Below, in pieces: positions 1 through 7,640 of a DNA stretch of 64,000 bases; position 1 is the first letter of the stretch, and each line of letters begins with the position of its first letter. Source of the stretch: Chlamydiota bacterium (lineage in GTDB: Bacteria > Auribacterota > Tritonobacteria > UBA1439); assembly GCA_012729785.1 (NCBI GenBank), contig JAAYCL010000042.1:29743-93742 (forward strand), in the 5' to 3' direction. The notes below the pieces were generated by a model. The model made no database searches. It saw only the letters and a list, made by a program, of their open reading frames with translations, and was not told where the DNA came from. The position numbers and the translations under genes were made by a program.

Positions 1-1721
1 CCACGCTCTCCGGGGAGCTGTTGGTCGCCGGCGGGCCGATGGAGACGGTGGGACGAGGGCGCGCCGCGTCGCCGCTCATCACGCGCGATCGCGACCTCGA
101 CGCGCTCTCGAAGCGCGCCGAAACGCTCTCCCGGGACCGGGAGGCGCACACGGCCTCGCGAAACGGGCGGGAGGAGGAGTGCCGCCTGCGCGAGGAGGCG
201 CTTGGGGCGGCGCGCGAGACGCTCCGCCGGGGGGAGATCGAGCTCGCGGAGGCCCGGACCGAGGAGGCCCAGTCCGCGGGGGAGCTCGAGCGGCTCGCGG
301 CCGAGCTCGCGGCGGTGCGCCTGGAGGCGGCGGAGCTGGAGGAACAGCGGCGCGAGTCGGCCTCCCGCGAGGAGCGGATCGGGCGGGAGATCGCCCAGAG
401 CGAGGCGCGGGAGAAGTCGATCCAGGACGACCTGGCCGCCTCGCAGGCGGACACGGAGGCGGCGGGCCGGGGGCTCGAGGAGCGGCAGGCCGCCGCCGTC
501 GACGTGAAGATGCGGCTCGCGGCGGCGGGGGCGCGGGAACGCGCGCTCCGCGCCGATCGCGAGCGCGTCGCGCGAGAAATCGCGAAGGGGAGGGAGGCGC
601 TCGCCGCCAGGACCGCCCAGCGCGATCGCGAGGCGTCCCGGCGCCTCGAGCTCGCCGCGGAGAACGAGGAGCTGCGCCGCTCGATCGACGCCCTCCTCGC
701 CGAGCGGGACACGACCGAGACCGACGCGCGGGAACGGGAGGCGCGCAAATCCTCGCTGTACGAACGGCAGCGGGAACTGGACGAGCTTCTGCGCGAGAAG
801 GTCGCGGCGATGGGCGCCGTGAAGGACCGGGCCGCGGCGGTCGCGGTGTCCCTCGCCGAGCGGGGCGCGGAACGCGCCCGTGTCGTCGAGCGCATCCGCG
901 AGCAGTACGGAGACGATCCGGTCCCCGCCGCGGACGACGCCTCCGCCGAGGAGTGGGCGGCGCTCGAGGCGGAGGGGGCGGAACTCAGGGAGAAGCTCCG
1001 CCGCATCGGGCCCGTCAACATGGTGGCGCTCGAGGAGCACGAGGAGCTCGCCGGGCGGTTGACGTTTCTCACCACGCAGGAGGCCGATCTCCTCTCCGCC
1101 AAGGAGTCTTTGGTGAAGGCGATCGCGAGGATCAACGCCGAGACGACCCGGATGTTCTCCGAGACGTTCCAGGCGATCAGGGGGAATTTCAAGGGGATCT
1201 ACCGGGAGCTCTTCGGCGGGGGGGGCGCGGACCTCCTCCTGGAGGAGGGGGTGGATCTCCTTGAGGCGGGCATCAACGTCGTCGCGCGCCCCCCGGGCAA
1301 GAAGCAGCAGCCCATCTCCCTTCTCTCCGGCGGGGAGCGGGCGCTGACGGCGGTGGCGCTCCTGTTCGCGATCTTCAAGGTGCGGCCGAGCCCGTTCTGC
1401 GTCCTCGACGAGATCGACGCCCCGCTCGACGAATCGAACATCAACCGCTTCCTCGGGATGCTCGGGCAGTTCCTGGCGCAGACGCAGTTCATCATCGTGA
1501 CGCACAACAAGCGCACCATCAGCATGGCCGACGTGATGTACGGGATCACGATGGAGGAGTCCGGGGTCTCGAAGGTCGTCTCCGTCAAGTTCGGGAAGGG
1601 GCATCGCCGGGATGCGCGCCCCGCCGCCCCCGGTTCGGCGGCGGCGGAGGCGGAGCCGGCCCCCGCGGGCGCGGGGACCGGGACCGGCGAGGCGGAGCCG
1701 GACGCCGGGGGGACTGCATGA
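1..1721 (+). CDS. smc: Chromosome segregation protein SMC, C-terminal part (5' truncated by window)
   Basis: Long coiled coil followed by ABC signature LSGGE, Walker B/D-loop PFCVLDEIDAPLD and the HNK switch. Confidence 0.95.
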   Translation, partial: TLSGELLVAGGPMETVGRGRAASPLITRDRDLDALSKRAETLSRDREAHTASRNGREEECRLREEALGAARETLRRGEIELAEARTEEAQSAGELERLAAELAAVRLEAAELEEQRRESASREERIGREIAQSEAREKSIQDDLAASQADTEAAGRGLEERQAAAVDVKMRLAAAGARERALRADRERVAREIAKGREALAARTAQRDREASRRLELAAENEELRRSIDALLAERDTTETDAREREARKSSLYERQRELDELLREKVAAMGAVKDRAAAVAVSLAERGAERARVVERIREQYGDDPVPAADDASAEEWAALEAEGAELREKLRRIGPVNMVALEEHEELAGRLTFLTTQEADLLSAKESLVKAIARINAETTRMFSETFQAIRGNFKGIYRELFGGGGADLLLEEGVDLLEAGINVVARPPGKKQQPISLLSGGERALTAVALLFAIFKVRPSPFCVLDEIDAPLDESNINRFLGMLGQFLAQTQFIIVTHNKRTISMADVMYGITMEESGVSKVVSVKFGKGHRRDARPAAPGSAAAEAEPAPAGAGTGTGEAEPDAGGTA

Positions 1722-1749
1722 GGCGTTCGTTCCGGAAAGGCGGGGCGGG

Positions 1750-2232
1750 ATGTCGTTGTCGATGATCGACAGGATCGTCGGGTATGAGAAGGGGAAACGC
1801 CTCTCGGCGCTGAAGGTGCTGTCGCGCGGCGAGGAGTACCTCGCCGACCATTTCCCCTCGTTTCCGATCCTGCCCGGGGTGCTGATGCTCGAGGCGATGG
1901 TGCAGGCCGGCGCCTGGCTGATGCGTCTGAGCGAGGGGTTCTCCCCGCCGGTCATCGTCCTCCGCGAGGCGCGGGCGGTGCGCTACGGGAACGTCGTGAA
2001 GCCCGGCGACGAACTCAGGGTCGAGGTGGAGCTCGTGCACGGAGGCGGCGGCGAGGCCTCCTTCAAGGGGAGCGGGAGGACGGGGGACAAAAACGCCGTC
2101 CTCGGGCGGTTCGTCCTCAGGCGGGTGCCCCTCGCCCGACTCGGCCCCGGACTGGCTCAGACGGACGAGACGATCGCGCGGCTTCTGGAGGAGCGGCTCC
2201 CCTCGCTCATGGAGTGCGACAGGGGATTGTGA
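1750..2232 (+). CDS. FabZ/FabA-like hotdog 3-hydroxyacyl-ACP dehydratase (copy A)
   Basis: DHFPSFPILPGVLMLEAMVQ motif and VKPGDEL; ATG at 1750 lies in frame within ORF 1612..2232. Confidence 0.85.
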   Translation: MSLSMIDRIVGYEKGKRLSALKVLSRGEEYLADHFPSFPILPGVLMLEAMVQAGAWLMRLSEGFSPPVIVLREARAVRYGNVVKPGDELRVEVELVHGGGGEASFKGSGRTGDKNAVLGRFVLRRVPLARLGPGLAQTDETIARLLEERLPSLMECDRGL

Positions 2233-2254
2233 CGGAGTCGAGGCGGGAGGGCTG

Positions 2255-3013
2255 ATGGAGGCCGTATTCACGGGCGCGTCGGTGCTGGTCACCGGGGGCG
2301 CGCGGGGCATCGGGAGGGCGATCGCGCTCGCGTTCGCCCGGCGCGGCGCCTCCGTCGCCGTCATCCACGCCAGGAACCGTGCGGCCGCGGAGCGCACAGT
2401 CGCCGAGATGCGGAGGCACGGCGCGGCGGCGATGGCGATCTGCTGCGACGTGGGCGACCCGGAGGCGGTCGCGGCCGCGGCGGCGGCGGCCGAGGCGGCG
2501 CACGGACCGATCGAGATCCTCGTCAACTGCGCCGGGGTCGTGCGGGACGCCCTGCTCGCCTCGATGGAGACGGAGGCGTGGCGGGAGGTGATCGACACGA
2601 ACCTGAGCGGCGCCTTCTACTGCATGCGCGCGGTCGTCCCGGGGATGGTGCTCCGGAGGTCCGGGAGGATCATCAACGTCTCGTCGCTCGCCGGGGAGCG
2701 CGGCGGGCGGGGCCAGGCGAACTACGCCGCGTCGAAGGGGGGGCTGAACGCCTTGACCCGGGCGGCAGCGCTCGAACTGGCGCCGCGCGGGATCACCGTG
2801 AACGCGGTGGCCCCGGGGATGGTGGTGACGGAGATGACGGAGACGGTGCGCGGGCTCGCCGGCGACAGGCTCAAAAAACGGATCCCCGCACGGCGTTTCG
2901 CGGAGCCCGAAGACATCGTCGGGACGGTCCTGTTCCTTGCCTCCGCCGCGGCCTCGTACCTGACCGGGCAGGTGATTGCTGTGGACGGCGGCCTCGGCGC
3001 TGCGATAGAATAA
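2255..3013 (+). CDS. fabG: 3-oxoacyl-ACP reductase (SDR family)
   Basis: TGGARGIG, NCAG, NYAASK (YxxxK) and NAVAPG motifs; GGAGG RBS; adjacent to ACP. Confidence 0.9.
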   Translation: MEAVFTGASVLVTGGARGIGRAIALAFARRGASVAVIHARNRAAAERTVAEMRRHGAAAMAICCDVGDPEAVAAAAAAAEAAHGPIEILVNCAGVVRDALLASMETEAWREVIDTNLSGAFYCMRAVVPGMVLRRSGRIINVSSLAGERGGRGQANYAASKGGLNALTRAAALELAPRGITVNAVAPGMVVTEMTETVRGLAGDRLKKRIPARRFAEPEDIVGTVLFLASAAASYLTGQVIAVDGGLGAAIE

Positions 3014-3114
3014 TTCTCTATTCGCGTCTCACGTCGCGGAGGCAGCGGACAACGAACGCGTGAGCACTGCGCCGCCGTCGGGCGCGGCGTCCGGAATACG
3101 AGCAGGAGGGGGAG

Positions 3115-3498
3115 ATGGTGGACAAGAGCCAAGTCTACGGGAAGATCAAGGAGTGTCTGGTGGAGGCGCTCGGCGTCGAGGAGGCCGAGATCGTTCCCGG
3201 CGCCCGCATCATGGACGATCTCGGGGCCGAGTCGATCGATTTCCTCGACATCGTCTTCAGGCTCGAGAAGGCGTTCGGCATCAAGATCCCCCGCGGCGGC
3301 CTCTTCCCCGAAAACATCCTCTCCAACGACCAGTTCGTCAAGGACGGGAAGGTGACCGCGCGGGGCATCGAGGAACTCAGGAAGCGGATGCCGTGCGCGA
3401 ACCTCGCCTCGTTCGAGAAGGACCCCCGCGTGAGCAACTTCTCGAACCTCTTTACCGTCGAGATGATCAACCGCTATGTCGAGAGCATGCTCGGCTGA
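3115..3498 (+). CDS. Acyl carrier protein with a long internal insertion (127 aa)
   Basis: DDLGAESIDFLDIVFRLEKAFGIKIP phosphopantetheine helix and terminal FTVEMINRYV helix; strong RBS. Confidence 0.9.
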   Translation: MVDKSQVYGKIKECLVEALGVEEAEIVPGARIMDDLGAESIDFLDIVFRLEKAFGIKIPRGGLFPENILSNDQFVKDGKVTARGIEELRKRMPCANLASFEKDPRVSNFSNLFTVEMINRYVESMLG

Positions 3499-3904
3499 GC
3501 GGGGAGGGACGCCCGGACGCCCGGTTCCCCTCTCCGTGGGCGCGGACATCGTCGAGATCGGCTCCATGGCCCGTCTCCTCCGCCACGGGACGCCGCGCCT
3601 CCGCAGGGTCTTCACCCCCGCCGAGTTATCCGCGCGCGGCGGCCCGGCATCCGTGCGGCGGGACCTCCGCCTCGCCTGCGCCTTCGCCGGCAAGGAGGCG
3701 GTCTTCAAGGCGCTGGGGCGCGGGTGGGGGCAGGGGCCGCGGTGGCGCGAGGTCTCCGTGGTCAGGACGCCGGGAGGCCGCTGGGAGGTCCGGCTCTCGG
3801 GGGGGGCGGAGAGGAGGAGACGGGAGATGGGCGCGTCGTCGATCGAGCTCTCCGTCGCGAAGACGCGCGGGCACGCGGTGGCGTGCGCAATCCTGTACGG
3901 GTGA
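3476..3904 (+). CDS. acpS: Holo-ACP synthase (AcpS-type phosphopantetheinyl transferase); start uncertain
   Basis: VGADIVEI, RVFTPAE, FAGKEAVFKALG and ELSVA motifs. Confidence 0.85.
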   Translation: MSRACSAERGGTPGRPVPLSVGADIVEIGSMARLLRHGTPRLRRVFTPAELSARGGPASVRRDLRLACAFAGKEAVFKALGRGWGQGPRWREVSVVRTPGGRWEVRLSGGAERRRREMGASSIELSVAKTRGHAVACAILYG

Positions 3905-3908
3905 TTCG

Positions 3909-4364
3909 ATGCGCTGGATTCACATCGAGGAGTGGCGCGAGACCGCGGCGGGGGAGTCCGCCGAGGCGGTCCGCACGGTCCCGTCCGACCTCGACTTCAT
4001 GCACGACCAGTATCCGTCGTTCCCCCTGATGCCCCACAGCCTCCTCATCGAGTCGATGGCGCAGACCGGGGGCATCCTGGTCGGCAAGCTCCACGGCTTC
4101 CGGCGCGATGTCATCCTCGCCAAGATCGACCGGGCCGTATTCACGGCGCTCACCCGCCCCGGCGACCGCCTCCAGGTGACCGCCAGAATCGAGGAGCGGC
4201 GGGAGGAGGGGGCGCGGGTCGCCTGCCGCATCACCCGCCAGGGTGAGGAGGTCGCGCAGGCGACGCTCTTCTTCGCGCTCCTCGGCGCCGAGGACGCCGG
4301 GAAGCTCGGTGCGCGCGGGTTCGTCTTCGAGGCGGGGACGTTCTCCCAATTCATCGGGGGCTGA
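3909..4364 (+). CDS. FabZ-like hotdog dehydratase (copy B) with the catalytic His apparently replaced
   Basis: MRWIHIE...DQYPSFPLMPHSLLIESMAQTGG...TRPGDRL; ATG 3909 is the C-terminal part of ORF 3060..4364. Confidence 0.8.
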   Translation: MRWIHIEEWRETAAGESAEAVRTVPSDLDFMHDQYPSFPLMPHSLLIESMAQTGGILVGKLHGFRRDVILAKIDRAVFTALTRPGDRLQVTARIEERREEGARVACRITRQGEEVAQATLFFALLGAEDAGKLGARGFVFEAGTFSQFIGG

Positions 4365-5583
4365 CCGCGGGGGCGAGCAGGTGGAGCGCGGCGCGCTGCT
4401 TCACCCGGTCGTCGAGGGAGAGGAGCATCTCCGCCACCGCGCGCGGGGGTGGCGGCGGGTCCAGCCGCTCGGCGCGCGCGCAGCCCCGGAGCCCGAAGGC
4501 GCGCGTTGCCATCCTGATCCCGTGCGTCACCAGCAGGCCGTTCGCCCCCTCCAGCGGAAGCCCCGACGCGAGCGTCCCCAGCGCGGCGAGCTCGAGCTGT
4601 TCCCGCACCCTGAGCTCGGGGATCGCCCCCGCCCCCTCCCTCAGGAGCGCGAGGTAGAGCAGCGCGGCCGCCCGCGCGTCGTTCACCGCCCGGTGCCACC
4701 CCTCGAAGGCGATGCCCATCAGGCGCGCCATATCCCCGAGACGGTGGCCGGGCGCGTCCGGGTGGAGCCACCGGGAGAGGGCGAGCGTGTCCTCGGCGCG
4801 CCCCCCCGCCTCGCGGCCGAGGCCGAGCAGCGTCTGCTGCCGGAGGAAGGCGAGGTCGAAGGGGGCGTTGTGGGCGACCAGGATGCGCCCCCCGCAGAAG
4901 CCGAGGAGTCCCCGCAGCGCGTCCGGGGCCGCGGGCGCGTCCCGCACCATCTCCTCCGTGATCCCCGTGATCCCGCTGATCTCCTCGGGGATGGGGCCGC
5001 CGGGTTTCACGAAGGTCGAGTAGGCCTCGACCTCGGCGCCGTCGGCGAACCTGACGGCGCCGATCTCGATGATCTCGTCCGCCCACGGGTCCCTGCCGGT
5101 GGTCTCGAAATCGAATGCGACGAAGTCGGACGGATAGTCCAAGGCGCCGCGGCGCGCCGCGGCGTCCACCAAGGCGAGCGCCGCTCCGGAAAGCGAGCAT
5201 CCCGGGGGGGGACAAATCGAAACGCCCGCCCCGCCCTCGAGGATTCCGAGTCGTGTGCCCTGAACCGTCACCCGGAGGCTCGGCCGCGCGGGAACGGCGT
5301 CGAACAGATCGCCCTGCAGGCGGGGCGCGGGGATGTCGAGGCGGGCCGCGAGGGCCAGGACGATCGCCGCCGCAGCGACGGCATCCCCGGAATCCTCGAC
5401 CGAGATCTCAACGGGGCGTTGCGCGGCGGCGGCGTCCAGGAGCGCCTCGACGGCGCCCTCGACGCCCGAAGGAGGGGGGGAAGGGAGGAGGGGGAAGCGC
5501 AGCGGCGAGGAGACCGCATACGGAGGTCGCAGTCGGTCCCTGAGGTATCCGTCGATGCACGCGGGAACCTTGAAAGGCTTCAC
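4351..5583 (-). CDS. DEDDh (DnaQ/epsilon-like) 3'-5' exonuclease embedded in a degenerate RecJ-like scaffold
   Basis: DFETTG, HNAPFD and HRAVND Exo motifs; flanks resemble RecJ segments; GTG start at 5583 after GGGG. Confidence 0.8.
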   Translation of the reverse strand: MKPFKVPACIDGYLRDRLRPPYAVSSPLRFPLLPSPPPSGVEGAVEALLDAAAAQRPVEISVEDSGDAVAAAAIVLALAARLDIPAPRLQGDLFDAVPARPSLRVTVQGTRLGILEGGAGVSICPPPGCSLSGAALALVDAAARRGALDYPSDFVAFDFETTGRDPWADEIIEIGAVRFADGAEVEAYSTFVKPGGPIPEEISGITGITEEMVRDAPAAPDALRGLLGFCGGRILVAHNAPFDLAFLRQQTLLGLGREAGGRAEDTLALSRWLHPDAPGHRLGDMARLMGIAFEGWHRAVNDARAAALLYLALLREGAGAIPELRVREQLELAALGTLASGLPLEGANGLLVTHGIRMATRAFGLRGCARAERLDPPPPPRAVAEMLLSLDDRVKQRAALHLLAPAVSPR

Positions 5584-5666
5584 ATCCCCGCCGCCTTTGT
5601 CTGCGCCGAAAAAACGGCGGAGGGAGACCCGTTCGGGGTCCCCCTCCGCGCGCCCCATGCGACTCG

Positions 5667-6014
5667 CTATTCGATCTCCGCGGGCTTGGCTTCCTCCTCC
5701 TGCGGCTCCTCAACCGCTGCGGGAACCGAGGCCTTGGCGGCCTTCTTCTTGCCCACGCACAGATGCTCGCGCCACTTCTCGAGGGTCTTCGCGCCCACGC
5801 CCTTGACCCTGTCCAGGTCGTCGACGCTGCTGTACGGGCGCCCCTCGATGATGGCCTCGGCCTTCTTCTCGCCGATGCCCTTGACCGTTCTCAACTGGGC
5901 CGCTGTCGCCGTGTTGATGTCCACCTGTCCCTCTTTGCACTGCGCCTGAAGGGGCGAGACGCACAGCAACGAGGCGACCACCGCCAGAAGCACCACTGCT
6001 GCCAGGCACCTCAT
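5667..6014 (-). CDS. comEA: ComEA-family secreted helix-hairpin-helix DNA-binding protein
   Basis: Signal peptide then DINTATAAQLRTVKGIGEKKAEAII...VKGVGAKT; RBS AAAGGAGG before ATG 6014. Confidence 0.85.
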   Translation of the reverse strand: MRCLAAVVLLAVVASLLCVSPLQAQCKEGQVDINTATAAQLRTVKGIGEKKAEAIIEGRPYSSVDDLDRVKGVGAKTLEKWREHLCVGKKKAAKASVPAAVEEPQEEEAKPAEIE

Positions 6015-6076
6015 GGATACACCTCCTTTCCCTGATCCGAAAAGCATAGCATGCCCCCCTGTGGGCGGCAAGTCCC

Positions 6077-6116
6077 AAAAAGCCGCCGAGCCCGCCGGAC
6101 CGGCTGGCTCGACGGC
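6077..6116 (-). terminator. Probable intrinsic terminator after pdp
   Basis: GC-rich imperfect hairpin followed by TTTTT on the minus strand, ~30 nt after the pdp stop. Confidence 0.5.
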
Positions 6117-6143
6117 CCCCGGCGCACCGGCCGTCCCCGCCGT

Positions 6144-7451
6144 TTACGGCGTGACGGTCTCGTAGATCATCGGCGGCTTTTTCGCGGGCGAGCCCTGGAT
6201 GCGGAACGCCCTCTGGAGACGCCCGCGGACGGCGTCGGCCTTCTTCTGGTCGTTGTAGTGGACGGTCAGGAGACTCTCGCCCTTTTTCACCGCATCGCCG
6301 ATCTTCTTGTTGACGGTAAAGCCCACCGCCATGTCGATCTTCGCATCCACGCTGTCGCGCCCGGCCCCGAGCGCCACGCCGCAGAGACCGACCTCGAGGG
6401 TGTCCACGGACCCGATCCATCCGTCCTGCGCCGCGACGATCTCCCCCCGGTGCGCGGCGGTGGGGAGCATATCCGGGTTGTCCACGACCGACGGGTCGCC
6501 GCCCTGCCGGGCGACCATCTGCCTGAACTTCTCGAGGCCCTTGCCTCCCGACAGGTTCTCCTCGGCGATGCGGCGCCCCTCATCGACGTTCCCGGCGACG
6601 CCGCCGAAGACCATCATCCACTGGGCGAGCCCGAGCACGAGCTCCTTCAGATCCTCCGGACAATCGCCCCTGAGCGCCCGGATCGTCTCGCGTATCTCGA
6701 GGGCGTTGCCGATCTCGCGGCCCATCGGCTGGTTCATGTCGGTGATGAGGGTCACGACATCCTTTCCGGCGTTCTTCGCCACGGCGGTCATCGTGCGGGC
6801 GAGCTCCTCGGCGAGCGGCATCGTGCTCATGAAGGCGCCGTTGCCGGTTTTGATGTCGAAGACGAAGGCGTCGGGTCCCGCGGCGAGCTTCTTGCTCATG
6901 ATGCTGCCGCAGATGAGCGGGATGCTGTCCACCGTGGCGGTCACGTCCCTGAGCATGTAGATCTTCTTGTCGGCCGGGGCGAGCGAGCGGGTCTGCCCGA
7001 TGATGGCGAGCCCGGTGGCCTTGATCGCCTCGACGAACTCCGCCTCCGTGAGGTCGGTGCGGAATCCGGGGATCGACTCGAGCTTGTCGAGCGTTCCGCC
7101 GCTGTGACCGAGGCCGCGGCCGCTCATCATCGGGATCGGGATGCCGCTCGCCGCGACGATCGGGGCCAGAACCAGGCTCGTCTTGTCGCCGACCCCGCCG
7201 GTGGAGTGCTTGTCCACGGTCTTCCTGCCGATCGCGCCCAGGTCGATCGTGTCCCCCGAGCGGAGCATCGCCATCGTGAGCGCCGTGGTCTCCTCCGGCG
7301 CCATCCCGCGGATGAAGACCGCCATCAGAAACGCCGCCATCTGGTAGTCGGGGATGGCGTCCTTCGTGTACCCCTCGATCATGAACTCGATCTCGCGGTC
7401 CTCCAGGCGTTTCCCGTCCCGCTTCTTGAGGATGATCTCGTACGCGCGCAT
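6144..7451 (-). CDS. pdp: Pyrimidine-nucleoside/thymidine phosphorylase
   Basis: MRAYEIILKKRDG, DKHSTGGVGDK, SGRGLGHSGGTLDKLESIPG and RDVTATV motifs. Confidence 0.95.
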   Translation of the reverse strand: MRAYEIILKKRDGKRLEDREIEFMIEGYTKDAIPDYQMAAFLMAVFIRGMAPEETTALTMAMLRSGDTIDLGAIGRKTVDKHSTGGVGDKTSLVLAPIVAASGIPIPMMSGRGLGHSGGTLDKLESIPGFRTDLTEAEFVEAIKATGLAIIGQTRSLAPADKKIYMLRDVTATVDSIPLICGSIMSKKLAAGPDAFVFDIKTGNGAFMSTMPLAEELARTMTAVAKNAGKDVVTLITDMNQPMGREIGNALEIRETIRALRGDCPEDLKELVLGLAQWMMVFGGVAGNVDEGRRIAEENLSGGKGLEKFRQMVARQGGDPSVVDNPDMLPTAAHRGEIVAAQDGWIGSVDTLEVGLCGVALGAGRDSVDAKIDMAVGFTVNKKIGDAVKKGESLLTVHYNDQKKADAVRGRLQRAFRIQGSPAKKPPMIYETVTP

Positions 7452-7499
7452 CGTCGGCGCCCTCCCGTGGATGGTGGTGCGTGCAGCGTGCAGGGTGCC

Positions 7500-7601
7500 A
7501 TGGTAGACGATCGCGCGCGGCGGAGTCAACGCCGAAGATCGACGAAGATCGACCGGGGGCCCCGTTGCAGGATTGAAGCCCCTCCCCGGCGATGGTACCA
7601 T
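7500..7601. promoter_or_regulatory. Divergent sigma70-like promoters for pdp and glcD
   Basis: Plus: TTGAAG(7573)-17-TACCAT(7596). Minus: TTGACT(7529-7524)-18-TACCAT(7505-7500). Confidence 0.55.
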
Positions 7602-7640
7602 GGTGCCACGCCGCGCACGGCGGCGGGAGGAAACCGCTAA

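Noticed and set aside
3060-4364. Apparent 434-aa fusion ending in a FabZ-like domain
   Set aside because: The upstream part overlaps acp and acpS in other frames; only 3909..4364 looks coding.
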